Below, one piece after another: positions 26,048-38,398 of a DNA stretch of 64,000 nucleotides. A model generated the notes under the pieces. It was not told the origin of the DNA. It did no database searches and saw only the letters and a program-made list of their open reading frames with translations. The position numbers were made by a program, and so were the translations under genes. Position 1 is the first letter of the stretch. The number at the start of each line of letters is the position of its first letter. Origin of the DNA: Lophium mytilinum (taxonomy: Eukaryota); NCBI GenBank assembly GCA_010093605.1, contig MU004186.1, positions 1,964,616 through 2,028,615 on the forward strand, given 5' to 3'.

Positions 26048-26560
26048 TTAGTTACTGTTTGTAGCTGTAACGCCTGAGATGGTGCAAGTGAACTTCTGGA
26101 CACCATTGTAACTACCCAGCGCATCTCCACAAACGTAATCATCCGCATCGGCAGGTACGAGGCAACTGCCGACGATACCCCCGTCGACGCCGTCCAGGCT
26201 TGTGACTTGTACGTCAAACAGTCCGTCTCCGGCCGAGTTCGGGTACAGCGTGATATGCCCATACGCTGCGCTGGTGACTGTTTCATCTTTTCCGTCGTAG
26301 ATTTCTAGTCGTTTGTACGTGCCATCCTCGTTCGTGTCGGCGGCATATTGCCCCTTGCTAGCATCGTTGTTGCCTTGCTGAGCAATTGCGACGTAGTTCT
26401 TGACATCGTCGCAGTCAGGAGGGCCATTGAACAAGTAGAGGTCTCCGAGAGATGGAATGCTGGGCTCAACGTAGGTAGCTGATTGACCAACATAGATGAG
26501 GAAGTCGGCACTGGCGGAGGCGGCGAGGCAGAGAGCTATGGCAGTGATAGAGGCCTTCAT
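26048..26560 (-). CDS. Small secreted Cys-containing protein (170 aa)
   Basis: The internal ATG at 26560 gives MKASITAIALCLAASASA, a signal-peptide-like start. The mature part has 4 Cys and is intronless; a TATAAA-like element lies upstream at about 26727-26732. Confidence 0.8.
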   Translation of the reverse strand: MKASITAIALCLAASASADFLIYVGQSATYVEPSIPSLGDLYLFNGPPDCDDVKNYVAIAQQGNNDASKGQYAADTNEDGTYKRLEIYDGKDETVTSAAYGHITLYPNSAGDGLFDVQVTSLDGVDGGIVGSCLVPADADDYVCGDALGSYNGVQKFTCTISGVTATNSN

Positions 26561-28876
26561 ATTGGTGGTGGTAGATGGTCTAGTTTGGAGAGATCTTCGA
26601 AAGAGATAGTGTGAAGAGTGAGAGGTTTGGGGGTTGTGTTGATTGGTCGAAAGTGTTGGACTGGCTGTATGAAGCTGGATGATGAGAGGACTGATACTGG
26701 CAAGAGATGTAGAATGTTCATACTCCTTTATACTTTCATCTGAGGTCCTTTCGCGCCGGATCCTCCATCGGCCTTCGGATATACCCAGTTGGCAGACATT
26801 TGGTTGATCTGCTGGTTTTGTTGGAGCTTTTCCCACATGTAGTAGGAGCCAAGATGGACCTTAGACACTATCGCAATGGTAGCATCTCAAGTAGACGCAC
26901 TTACCGTAGTGCTTGCACAAAGGATTCATACTCATCTCTATGGCGTCACAGTTCGATTGAAGGCTGAAGATCATCAGAACTAACAAGGTACTTCCGCTCC
27001 TTTCACTCTATACAATGGATAGTGTGCCGCGTAGGAGCTGTTAGGTAATGGTGGTGATGGAACGGCGCGTTCTTCGTAGATAGATGAAGCAGGCAGTTGT
27101 ACGGACGAGCCGCATGCTCTTGGCCATCGTCATGCATACTTTCAAAGGTGTATGGTGTGACTTGAAAAATGTAGCTTACCCACGACTAAGGATTATCAAC
27201 CCTGGAAAAGGCGTGTTTGGCTTGCTGCCAAGTACGCTTCCAATACTCGGACTCTCGTGACATCTATCGCCACCAACATTCGGTTTCAAGCTAAGGATAG
27301 AGATCTGCCGGGGCCTGCCGTAGGGCTATAAGATCTACCTATCCCACAGATCCTTCGCGCCTGGGGTTGAGGAATAAGAACCCACAGTTAAATCTCTTTA
27401 AACTAGTGCCTACCCGCTAGCTTGTTTGCCAAGTGTCAGCGGTTTCAACAACTAGCTAGTATGCGGCTGAGCGGCGTTGCTATAAGGCAGCTCCAGTACG
27501 TGCCTAGAAGCATGGGGCCAGAGAGTCGAGATCGGACTCTTGGCTAGAATTTGACGGCAGCGGACTTAATCTAGAGTGAAAACAGATTTTCAAAGATGTG
27601 TGTAGAAAACAGAGATGGCTAACAAGAACACGAGACAGCCTGTAAGCAGCTGTTCGAAAGCCAACACTAATCTCCTACTGCCATTTTGTACGGAGTAGCT
27701 ACGTAGAGCTTCCTCGCCTCCGCGTAGAATGCGCAGGCTGTCGTGTTTCCCTCGTACGTAACTAGCTTGGTCGTACCTTTCTTTTTATCATCCTAGTCCC
27801 TTGAAGCATCTGCTTGGTGTACCTGAATTGATTGTTGGCTCGCTTGCAGTTGCTGCGATTGCACTGGGCAGGTCTCTTGGCCGCCTCATCTCTATGCAGA
27901 TCCTTCCGGGGTGTTGGCGCGTGATGATGTGCTAGGAATAGATATTCGCCGAGAGCGACGATCGCGAACTAGAGTAGAAGTGGCCAAGTCGATACTACCC
28001 TCTTTCACTCGAGCGCTGTCACACTGTGGTAGGTGAAGCCCGACTTAACCGCAGCGTTGAACCAGACTCCTGGGAGCCGTTGAACACGGACTAGGGATGG
28101 TAGTCCAGAAGTATATACAAGTTGAACTGAACTCTTTTTCTTTCCAGCTCAAGGACGACAATGAGACGTGGTATGATGCTTGCCCAACAGCGCGAAAATC
28201 TTTGAGGCGGACGCCGATATGATGCAGTATTCATTGTAGCTCAAAGCGCAAAGAAGTGCGTTAGAGGAATCTAAATGTTAGGCCTAGTCTTCTCGTTTCT
28301 AACGATCCAGCAACTTCTTTTGATAAATTCCGATATTCGCGGAGTGGCCAGAGACAAGCCTTTGAGAAGGCGAAGGACGGAAATATTGTGACGGCCACGT
28401 GACTATCATGTGACTGATCCATGATATGTGAAGGCTAAAAGTCATGGAGGTTGCTCTCTTCTTTCTATGTAAAGAAGATTGAAGTGTTCACTGCCTCCAG
28501 CTCTCTTCGGGTATATGACCGCTGTCACTTGCGAATTGGCCGATCTGACGCCCTTTTAGACCACCTACAAGAGCTTTTGGCCCACGGTGATGAGTCAATA
28601 GGACTTTCCGCCCATTTTCCGTACTTGAGAGGACTTGGATCCCTTTATAGACGTATGAGTGGTGCTCCGGTACCCTCTCCATGAAGCTGCGAGCCTGTCG
28701 ACATCGCATGGCTGGTATGACAACCGCGTTCTCGTACCGGTGACTCACATTTGAGGCCGGAAGTACTTAAGTTTAGCATAACTTTCTTAAAAGATATTCA
28801 TCTTGACGGTCTTGCACACCTTTTTTGCGATACTGACACCTTTTTTACCCGTATAGATAGCTTCCAGCTTATCACA

Positions 28877-29605
28877 ATGGCCGAGCAAATTGCGTCATCG
28901 CCGGATCTTAAACCTGAATACGAGCCTCCTGCGGACCTCAAATCCCGCTTGAAAGCCTCATACGATGCTATCGCCCCGACGTACAACGAATGGACGATCC
29001 CGCACTCGGCCACGCGACTCCACTACCTAGACAAGCTGCTCAGCCGCCTGCCCACCTCAACGTCAACCCCCGTCTCTGTGCTTGAGCTCGGTTGTGGCTA
29101 TGGCGTTCCCGTCACCCAGAAGCTGCTCTCCTACCCCAACTTCACCGTCACTGCCAACGACATCTCCAGCGTCCAGATCGAGCTCGCCCGCGCCAGCCTA
29201 TTGCCCGACCCGTCAGGCCCGGCCCACGGCCGCCTTAAGCTGCTGGAGTGCGACATGCTCGCCCTCAACTTCGAGCCGGGGACCTTGGACGCCGTCGTCG
29301 GCATGTACTCGATCATCCACCTCCCGCGCGCCGAGCAAGTCGAGATGCTGCGGAAGATCGTGACATGGCTGAAGCCAGGCGGGTGGTTGTTCGCGAACTT
29401 CGGGGCGGAAGAATTCGCGGGGGCGGAGAACCAGAATTGGTTGAAGGAAGAAAAGGGGTGGATGTTTTGGAGTGGCTGGGGGAGCGAAGGGACGGTGGAG
29501 AAGGTGAAGGAAGCAGGACTGGAGGTGGTAGTGCAAGAGACGCAGCAAGACGTGGTTGATGGGAAGGTGTTCTTGTGGATTCTAGCGAGGAAAAGCGATT
29601 CGTGA
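28877..29605 (+). CDS. Class I SAM-dependent methyltransferase
   Basis: VLELGCGYG motif I, NDISSVQ, DAVVGMYSIIHLP and WLKPGGW motifs. Confidence 0.92.
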   Translation: MAEQIASSPDLKPEYEPPADLKSRLKASYDAIAPTYNEWTIPHSATRLHYLDKLLSRLPTSTSTPVSVLELGCGYGVPVTQKLLSYPNFTVTANDISSVQIELARASLLPDPSGPAHGRLKLLECDMLALNFEPGTLDAVVGMYSIIHLPRAEQVEMLRKIVTWLKPGGWLFANFGAEEFAGAENQNWLKEEKGWMFWSGWGSEGTVEKVKEAGLEVVVQETQQDVVDGKVFLWILARKSDS

Positions 29606-30529
29606 AAGCGTGAAGGTGACGATGAACGGTGACGAACAGGGATTAGTCTTGAAATAGGAGAGTAGTTTTCGGATATCTAGTTCGATTATGCACTCTGTGT
29701 CTGACGTCGTAGACGATAAACCTGAGCTGCACTTGTACAGCCCCTTTGGGCATCCTGTGGTAGGTGTATCTCGTAGGCACTACGTAACAAAGGCTTCTAT
29801 GCCCAACGGAATCTCTCTCACCATCTTCCAGTGCCTTGATTTACCCTTGTCGCTGCCTGCACTCTAACCACAAGATGCGCGGAGGGCTGTACATGTACCT
29901 AGAATATCACGTATTCGCGTAGCCTGAGTCACATAGAATGGATAGTCGGCACAGCTGACTTTGGGCACTACCGTGCTACGGCCGAACGTGATGAGGCTTG
30001 AATACCTTTATCGTCGCAAGAGTGGCGCTGCGGTGCACTCTCCGTGGAAATGCGAGAGTGTTGATGCAGGATTCGGTGAGAGATTGCCCGGGAACAAAGG
30101 GCGCGGAGTACAGTGCTAGGCCGAATGTAGTGAGGACATCGTGGCTAGCCTCTCGCGGCTAGACGATGGTGCTTACGGCATCTCGTCCGTTTCTCCAACC
30201 CCCAGCTTCGTCGGACAAGCGCTCCAACCAAAGGCGCGAACGCGTATGCATTCGTTCCTCTGAAGCATCGAACGCCCATCCGCACTGCCACTGCGTATCT
30301 CCCACCAAGTCAAGACCGCTGCGTAGCTTCTTCAGTCAGCCTTACCTTAGCAGCCTGAGACGTCACACTGCTGAAGTCGCTTGGAGTGTGCGTATGTTGA
30401 TCTATCTGTTACTCTTGAAATAGATTTCGCAGTGATAGCCCCATCGTACATAACTAATCGGAGCCGGCCTTACCACCAGCAATTCAGACCCTGAGCCAAG
30501 ACATCCTGCAGCACGAATACTCCACCTAA

Positions 30530-32226
30530 ATGGGCTACTTCGGACTTCCAAGCAAAGCTTGTTCGCCGTGCAGAGGCAGGAGAATCAAAGTAAGTGACGT
30601 GATCCCGACCTCCAGCCAGCCTCAGGCCACCCATTCCAAATGCTGTAAGTGAAACCCGGGAGACCGTCTCTAACGAGTGAACAGTGCGATCTGTCTACTC
30701 CTGCGTGTAGCCAGTGCGTGAGAAGCCACCGAACGTGCTTTGGCTACCGCAATCCGGTAGATTTGCTTTTTCACGATCAGAGCGAAGATGTGGCTTGCAA
30801 AGCCCAGCGGCCGAAGCGGGCATCTCAACGGCGGAAGGCTGCTGAATCCACCATCATTGTTCCAAAATGCTCTAGTCCTACCCTGCCTTCACCGGTGTTC
30901 TTCCCAATATCCGCAGAGACTCAAGCTTCGTGCTTCTTCTTCAGCAACTATCCGTCCAAGTCTTCGAAAACGTATAAGACCATGTATGAATATATACCTG
31001 CACTCTACTGCACAGAATCGTCCGATAGCCCGCTAGTATGCATCGTCACGGCCCTCGGCCTGGCCGGTCTGTCCTATCATACCGACACGTCCGGTCTGGG
31101 GACGGCGGCTACTGCATGGTATGATCGAGCGTTGCGTAAGACCAATTATAACCTACGCCACGGGGAGCTAGCCAAGTTGGATCGGACACTACTCGTCGTA
31201 TTGCTGCTGGGTCTATATGAAGTATGTACCACCCGACCTCCACCGCAATGCTAGAGGCTCATTATCTATTAGACCAACACATGCCGTACACCCAGCTATC
31301 AGTCAATAGAATCAGCGCTCACACATGTCAAAGGCGCAACAGCGTTACTCGACCTGCGGGGCGACAAGCAGCTTGAGACTGATTTTGGTCGTGCCTTGTT
31401 CACCCAGGCACGTACGCAGATCATAACTGGATGCTATCAAACCAAAACACCGGTTCCAGATATAGTCGTTCGATTGTCACTGTCTTCAAGATGCCACTAC
31501 GACAGGATCATCGATCCCATGGGAGATATCATCTTATCCATTTCCAGCTTCTGCAACACGAAGGCTGAAATACCATTCCATCCTCCACTATATCAATCCG
31601 AAAGTGTAACAAGAGACACCATTGCTCGTTACGCCGCAATCACGAAATCGTTTGAGCACTGGGACCAAACTCTTGCTGATGGATTCCTTCCAACAATCGT
31701 GCCCGTACCGAACGCGACTCCCGACGTACTCTCCGACCACTACCACGTGTACTCGGATATATGGATTGCGGGTTTTGTGAATAACTACCGCGCCAATAGC
31801 ATACTCGTCCACGAAGCGCTAGTCAGCCAGCTATGCTTCCTACAATCCCATCACGCCCACGACGTGAACGAGATTCTGGAACTTGAGGATCAAATCGTGC
31901 GTTCTCGCAGCATTATCCTATCTGAGATTGAGGCTGTCTGTGCCAGCGTCCCCGGCCTCCTTCAGACCAAGTCTGCTGCAGCTGGCGTCGGCCTGCTTTG
32001 GATCCTGTATCTATCCGCTCAAGTGGCACCAGCCATAGTTCCGGTACCGGAGAAGACACGCCGCTGGATCATCGGGCGCCTGGAGAAGATCGGGGCTGAA
32101 ATGGGTGTACGGCAGGCGTCTACTTTGGCGGCGCTTCTACGCGAAGAGCTGCACATATGGAGTGTACTAAAAGTAGATCAAGCATCTATTGGGTGGACAG
32201 AGGAAAGTATGGTGACCTGTGTCTGA
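30530..32226 (+). CDS. Zn(II)2Cys6 transcription factor
   Basis: CSPCRGRRIK-CDLSTPACSQCVRSHRTC joined across intron 30590-30684; second intron 31222-31272; LLGLYE...HVKGA fungal TF middle region. Confidence 0.9.
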
Positions 32227-33068
32227 GGACTTGGGTGTACGAATCATGAAACAACTCGTTGCCGGCAACGGAATACCTTATCTTATTCTATAGTTGAGCA
32301 CTCATGTCCCTGAAACTTGCTATCATCGGAATGGATACCAATACAGTTCACGGACTTGGGGCAACAAATATAAGCTGTAATATTCCACTTCTTCTTTTTG
32401 CCGTGTGCCAGATGTCGCCCCCTTGGATGACGAGTCTTTAACGTGTTCAATTCTAATAATAAGGTAAAGTGAACAGCTTGTCTGAAGGCTAGGCTGACAA
32501 GTCAAGATACTCGGGAACGGGGAAGAAAAAAAGAGAAAAGAAAGAAGAAAGAGGGGGCCGAGGGGATAGATCCAGCTTATAAGCAAAGACATCTCGCATC
32601 CTTGCCCTCCATCTCCGACTCTTCCGGACCCTCCGTTTCCCAACTTTTCTGGGCCCTCCCCATACATATCAGCATTCTCGCTTTCAAGTCTAGCGTCTAT
32701 ATGCAAGGCAATTGGATCCGATGTCATCTCTCGTGGCGTGTGCCCAAATGACTATACTTTAAAGACATTTAATTCAACTCAATCCAGGTCCGCAACACTG
32801 TTGCATCTTTCATAGCCCCAACACCGCAATGTAATATTACAAACATGAAGTTTTCCCAACAAAAGATCCAACACCGGGGCTCCAATCCGCACATCTCCAT
32901 TCACAATTGCGTAGAGCCGTTCAACTTCTCTAGAATGTGCAGATACTCAAAGTGTATTGCGGGCTAACCTTAGATTGGCCATCCAAGCAATTCTTCTCCA
33001 TAAATCAAAAACGCCGGCCATGCATCGCATTTTCTCGCTCTGTACAAACTCTAGCAACAAAACCTCTT

Positions 33069-33687
33069 TCACTGTCTCCCGCCGTTACCTCCATTCGAGC
33101 CTCCGCCTTGGCTCTTTTCCACAATCGCCTGTCGAATGCCGGCTATAATGCCGAACCCCCGGCCTCCACCATTGCCGTTCCTTCGGTCCTGTCTTCGCTG
33201 GCGGAACTGCAAATCCAGTCAGTTTTGTTCATCTGCAGGATGCTCATGAAGCACTTACATTCAGTAAACGGGGGCGGCCTTGATCATTGTTGTTGTAGTC
33301 GTTATTGGAGTACCCTTGGTTGTTGGAGTAGCCCTGGTTGTTCGAGTATCCGTTATTCCGGTTTCCGCCTTGGGAGTCCCGGTCTTGCCGTCGGTCTTGC
33401 TGCCGGTCTTGTTGCGCATAGTTGTTCGAGTTGTTGTTGTTGTTGTTGTAATAGCCGTCTGACTCCCCTTGCCTGTCCCTGTCCTGTCGCGAATAGTCGT
33501 TGTTGTTGTTGTTTGAGTAGCCGTTTGAGTAGCCATTTCTCGAGTAGCCGTTGTTGGTCGTCACAACTTCGAGTCCGCCTCTTTGAAAGTCTCGGTCCTG
33601 CTGCGCATAATCGTTTTTGTCTGAGTACTCGCTGGTTGCTGAATATCTATCGTTGTTGGCATAGCCGTTGTTGTTTCGGTCCGACAT
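33069..33687 (-). CDS. Small N/Q/Y/D/R/G-rich low-complexity protein
   Basis: ORF starting MSDRNNNGY (an upstream ATG at 33729 is possible). Intron 33207-33258 (GTAAGT...CTGAC...CAG) leads to a final exon FRQRRQDRRNGNGGGRGFGIIAGIRQAIVEKSQ...RQ*. Confidence 0.7.
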
Positions 33688-34854
33688 GTTGAGTAGATGG
33701 TCCGTGAGTAAGTTTATAATGGTGGACATGGATGGCTGATAGTATGGTGCAGGGGGGGTAGATATTAAGTTGGTTGGATTGAAGTAAATTTAAATCGGCA
33801 GACCAACAATCCTTATATACTCCATGCCGTCATGAATGCTGATTCCGCTATTCTCGCGGTGCCCGAACGTCTTCCGCTCTCGAAGGTACACAGCCCAGTT
33901 GGTGATGTTCTCGATGAGGTTTCCATCGCGAACACGCTGATTGGCCTGCACCATTTTTCAGTGGATCGTAAGAACTGGCCAATCGTGATATACGCAGAAA
34001 GCGGCCTAGCGCCATCTATTCGTATTCACCGCCACAAAGCCAAGCTTTCTCCAAGAATGCTTGGGATGCTTCGCCCCGGTGACCCTGAAGATCAGGGAGG
34101 CATGAATGCACCATCCCGGACGTATGGGAGCTCTGCATCCGCTGACTCACTGTCCGTTGATTGAGATGCGGGGGATGATCCCTATTGTGTGGCTTCTGGC
34201 TACTCTGCATCCAGAAAGTAATAGAGAGCGTCTGAAGCATCCTCGCGTGCCACGCATCCTCAACCACCTCTTTGCGAGCTGGGTCGAATGGAGCTAGCTG
34301 CCACTGCACGCCTTGCGGCAATACCCATCGCACAGGTAAATTGTACCCCACCGCAAGCTCTTCAGCCCTATTCCCGGCGAGTGACTAACCAGCAGTCACC
34401 AGCAATTCGGTTAATGCAGCCCTGTCAGCGCCCTAAACGCAACGAGACCCGCATCTCTGTTACCTCAGCAGCCACCGACCAGCATCTAATAGGCAAATCT
34501 CGCAGAGGGGTGCCGTGCGATGCGAAAGCCTGCTGCTCAAGTCGTGGTAACCATGGTACGGCCGTTAACGAGGCGTTCTCGGAATAGCCGTGTGGTGGTT
34601 TCAGCGATCGTCATTGCGGCACTGCAGCTCTCTGCATCCCCAAATAGGAAACCAGCTCGCTAGCGTGCTCCATCAGCCTCATGAACTTTTCTGTACACTG
34701 AGTATATAGCAGCCCTAGAGTCGCTCAATATGACCTCCATCTCAATCCACTCTCATCCTTCAAGCTCAACAGTCAATTCACTGCCTCTCTCACCTCCAAC
34801 CTCATCTCTACTACCTGCATCTCTCATAGCCGATCTCCACACCAAACCGCTACC

Positions 34855-35829
34855 ATGGGCTTCGACAAGCAAGGCGCTGTTTCGGTCTTCGAACTGGTGA
34901 TCTACTTCCCCGCCATAGTCGTCGCAGCTATTGTCTGCAGCCGTCACGGCTTCGGTCGCAGCTCCGGCTGGATCTACACCCTCATCCTCTGCCTTGTCCG
35001 CATCATTGGCGCATGCTGCCAGCTCGCGACATACTCGAACAAGACCAGCACCGGCCTCATTGAGACCGTGGTCATCCTAGACTCCGTGGGGATGTCCCCG
35101 CTACTCCTCGCGACGCTCGGACTCCTTTCCCGATGGTGAGTTCAACCTTCTCCACACTTCATATCTAGTTACAGTTCTAACATCCCACCCAGCGCCGACA
35201 CCATCAACTCCGCCAAAGGCGCCACCTTCAGCGCCATCCACTTCCGCCTACTGCAGCTCCTCATCAGCATCGGCCTGATCCTCTGCATCGTCGGCGGCAC
35301 CTCCAGCACCTCCTCAAACGGCACCTACACCGTGCAAAGCGAGACCAAAATCGGCGAGATCCTCTACGTCGTCGCCCTCGCCGCCCTGTACATCGTCGCC
35401 TTCATCACCAAGAGCAAGATGCACAATGCGCCCACCTCCGACAACCGCCTTGCCTGGGCCGTCATCATCGCCCTGCCCCTCATCACCGTGCGCCTGCTCT
35501 ACTCCCTCATCTCGGTGTTCGCCCACGACAAGCACTTCAGCCTGCTCACCGGCTCCGTCATCATCCACGTCTTCATGGCTATCCTCGAGGAAATGGTCGT
35601 CGTGGTTATTTACCTTGCTTTCGGCTGGGCGACGCCAGTGCTTGCGGCTGAGGCTAGAGGTCCCATTGCCAATAGGCCGTGGAAGGGTAACCTTTCCCCG
35701 GCTGGCCAGGCGCAGCATGGGAACGGTAATGGACGCGGACGGAGACAGGGCCCTATCCATCAGTTGGTGGGCGCCGGCATTGCGGCTGCTCAATCGAGGA
35801 GCCAGCCGAGACAGCAGCAGGGTGTGTAG
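34855..35829 (+). CDS. Conserved fungal multi-pass membrane protein (DUF7702-like)
   Basis: CSRHGFGRSSGWIY, GMSPLLLATLGLLSR and ALPLITVRLLYS segments; about 7 hydrophobic helices; intron 35136-35192. Confidence 0.8.
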
Positions 35830-36213
35830 ACACCCGATCGTAAGCGTTTAGGGTTCATGGTTTTGACTTTTTAGCAGAAAATGAGGCGTTCATTAGACAG
35901 TGAGGGGCGTGGAAAACGGGCAGGCTGCATCTGGGGAGTCAACGTTGTGATTTGGTCGTTCAGATTCGGAGTTCGCTCGTTTTACCATCGATTTCAGCGG
36001 CATTGGTTTAGTGGTATTAGCTGGTTAGCTTGTGTGTATAGACGGTCCTAGGAATGATAATGCAGATTATCTGTGTTCGTTATCGATATTGGCTTTGCAG
36101 TAAGATCTCAAGATGTACCTGACAGCAACCATGGGTGCGACCTTTCAACCCTCCGCGAACCTTTCTCTGGCTCAATTTGTCTCCTTCATTATGTCCATAT
36201 CGTAGCCTTCCTT

Positions 36214-37375
36214 TCACCGCATTCCCATTTCGGCGAGACTCCTCCCGTCAATCTCGCTCGGGATGTGCTGCGCCATGGTAAACTCCCTTTGCTGCTCATA
36301 CGGCTTCGGACGGCGCCTTCTCGTATGCACCAGATACCAGAGCGCAGCACACGCAATCACGAACGCAGCCGCACCAAGGACCGGACCAGCAATCCAGGCT
36401 TGATTAGTCTTGCTTGCTGCTGGCGACGGGGAAGGAGAGGGTGTCGGGGTGGTGGAAGCTAAGAAAGGTGTTAGCACCGTAGGAGAGTGAGTTTATGAAG
36501 TAATATGTGAGGCATACCTTCGCTTGTAGATATAGCACTCGTGGTGGACGATGGCTCGGACACAGTAGAAGAGAAGCTTGAAGATGTCCCCGGTGTTTCG
36601 CGGAATATTGTCAGTGCGGAGTAGCCCTCTGCGCAGAAGTAGTTGTAGTAGGCCGTCCCGGCTGCTGGCGCGGTCTCATAGATTGTTTGCTGTACGCAAT
36701 CCGAGCTGTGTAGTTATCATTAGCGACTGTGATGGCGATTCAAGAGAGGCTGAAGTCATTTCTTGGAGCCTGGCCCCGTGTACATGGATGCAGAGGAGAA
36801 GGAGGGAGGTACTAACCACATGAGAGTGTTTCCGCTGATCGAAAATGCTGATATCGGGGTCTGGAGACAGGTCACAAGCATCGGTAGGCCGATGCTGCTC
36901 GATTGGACACATCCTGCAAAGGCGTCGGAGGTGGAAAACACTTCGTCGGTCTGGCAGGTCAAAGCTTGCCCTAGATTTCGCGTTAGTCTACCAATCTGTA
37001 CGCATCCTTTTACTACTGCTTCGAGCCTTTCGTGTTCGAGGGCATATAAGTCTAGTTATAAGATCGACCGGCCTAGTTTCTCAACAGTCGAGGCTATGCG
37101 TATCTGGCCAACTAGGTAGGCTACGCTAGAAAGCGAGCGCCAGTAATTGACCTGCGGAACGTTGCGTCGGTTGGCCGATGAGAACCAGATCAAGAAGCCT
37201 TGTGTAATCCTGGTGCTGGCCTTGGTATACACTTACAGCTGCTGGTATCGCTAAAAACACTATTGTAATAACCAAGAAGAGGACCATCCAGGCCCGATTG
37301 TCTCCTAAGAAGCTCTGGAGCTGGCCGAGGAGCCGGCGTGATAACTGAGCGTAAGAGCGTAGTCGCAGTAGACAT
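36214..37375 (-). CDS. Single-pass membrane protein with Cys-containing ectodomain and Ser/Thr stalk (4 exons)
   Basis: Spliced reading MSTATT...ELLRRQ...LLGYY / WQALTCQTDEVF... / SDCVQQTIYE...YFCAEG / ...AWIAGPVLGAAAFVIACAALWYLVHTRRRR; all three introns are GT-AG with CTAAY branch points. Confidence 0.7.
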
Positions 37376-38398
37376 GTTCTCGTCACCAATACGAGATAGA
37401 TGATGCAAGTACTCGATGTATTAGACGAACTGAAAAGTATAACAAACGAGTGAACCTAGAGGTGTATGTTGAAGCAAGAAATCAGAAGAAGAGGACATGG
37501 CACTGGAGGCTGTGTCGAACAATCCCATCTGCCATCGAAATAGTTCGTAGCATCGCGCCAGGGCGTAAGGCTGTACGCTCAGCCGTTGTCGATCTTCAAC
37601 TAGCCTCACCTATCAATGTGTTAAAAAGACGCCACGTTCGGTTCGAGCTGCCCATTGCTCCAGAATCACTGGTGTATCTGCAAGCGGAAGTCCTGTCAAA
37701 GCCTCTCCTAAGAGCAGAAGGCTCTGTGCCGTGTGAAGTTTTCAGCAATAAAGGCTGAGTATGCATGAGCGAATGTGAAGACGACAACGAATATGCACCT
37801 TGACCTATTTGTAGGTGCGGCCGCACAGCCTCGTCGGTATTGAGTAACTGCAGACGGCCCGACCACGAGAACGAAGCCTGGGATCATTATAATGACGACT
37901 GAGGCTTAAAGGATTTCCTTCTCCGAGGTGTTCGGGGCTACGAGTGACCTAAGGTAGTCAAGTTTTACAATCGCGACCTAGATGGTGAGTGAATTTAGCT
38001 TGAGGTGATTAAAGCTCAAAAGGTGAATTCAGACACCGCTCTCTAAGAATAAGCTGCCCCTTTCCTGAAGTACAAACCCGAGAGCGTTTACCCTCCACAT
38101 GAAACATGGCGACGCTGGATGCGGACGCGAGTAGAGGTCCCAGGGGCAGCAGTGGCTTGCCTAGACTATTGGTGGCACAGCCATGGATTGAGATCGGGCA
38201 TACTATCGTCGTTAAATGAGTCCATTTGAATAGGTATGCGATTTGCCGACCATAGAAAGTCGTGATGCTCGTTAAACAGACGCCCAGAACAGCCGAATCA
38301 AGTGAAGCGCCCAGCTTTTCTCTATACCGTGAATGAAGATGGACTCCTGAACACCTAGCAGCCTCCTGATGGTTATATTAACCTCTTGCAGACATAAC

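Noticed and set aside
26561..26836. N-terminal extension of the 262-aa ORF
   Set aside because: It reads as promoter and 5'UTR sequence; the signal peptide begins at the ATG at 26560.
28397..28412. CACGTGAC E-box-like sites upstream of the methyltransferase (also at about 25594)
   Set aside because: Short motifs like this occur by chance; a regulatory role cannot be supported without conservation or binding data.
32937..33692. 251-aa plus-strand Cys-rich ORF
   Set aside because: It is the antisense shadow of the AAC-rich gene on the minus strand, which has proper splice signals.
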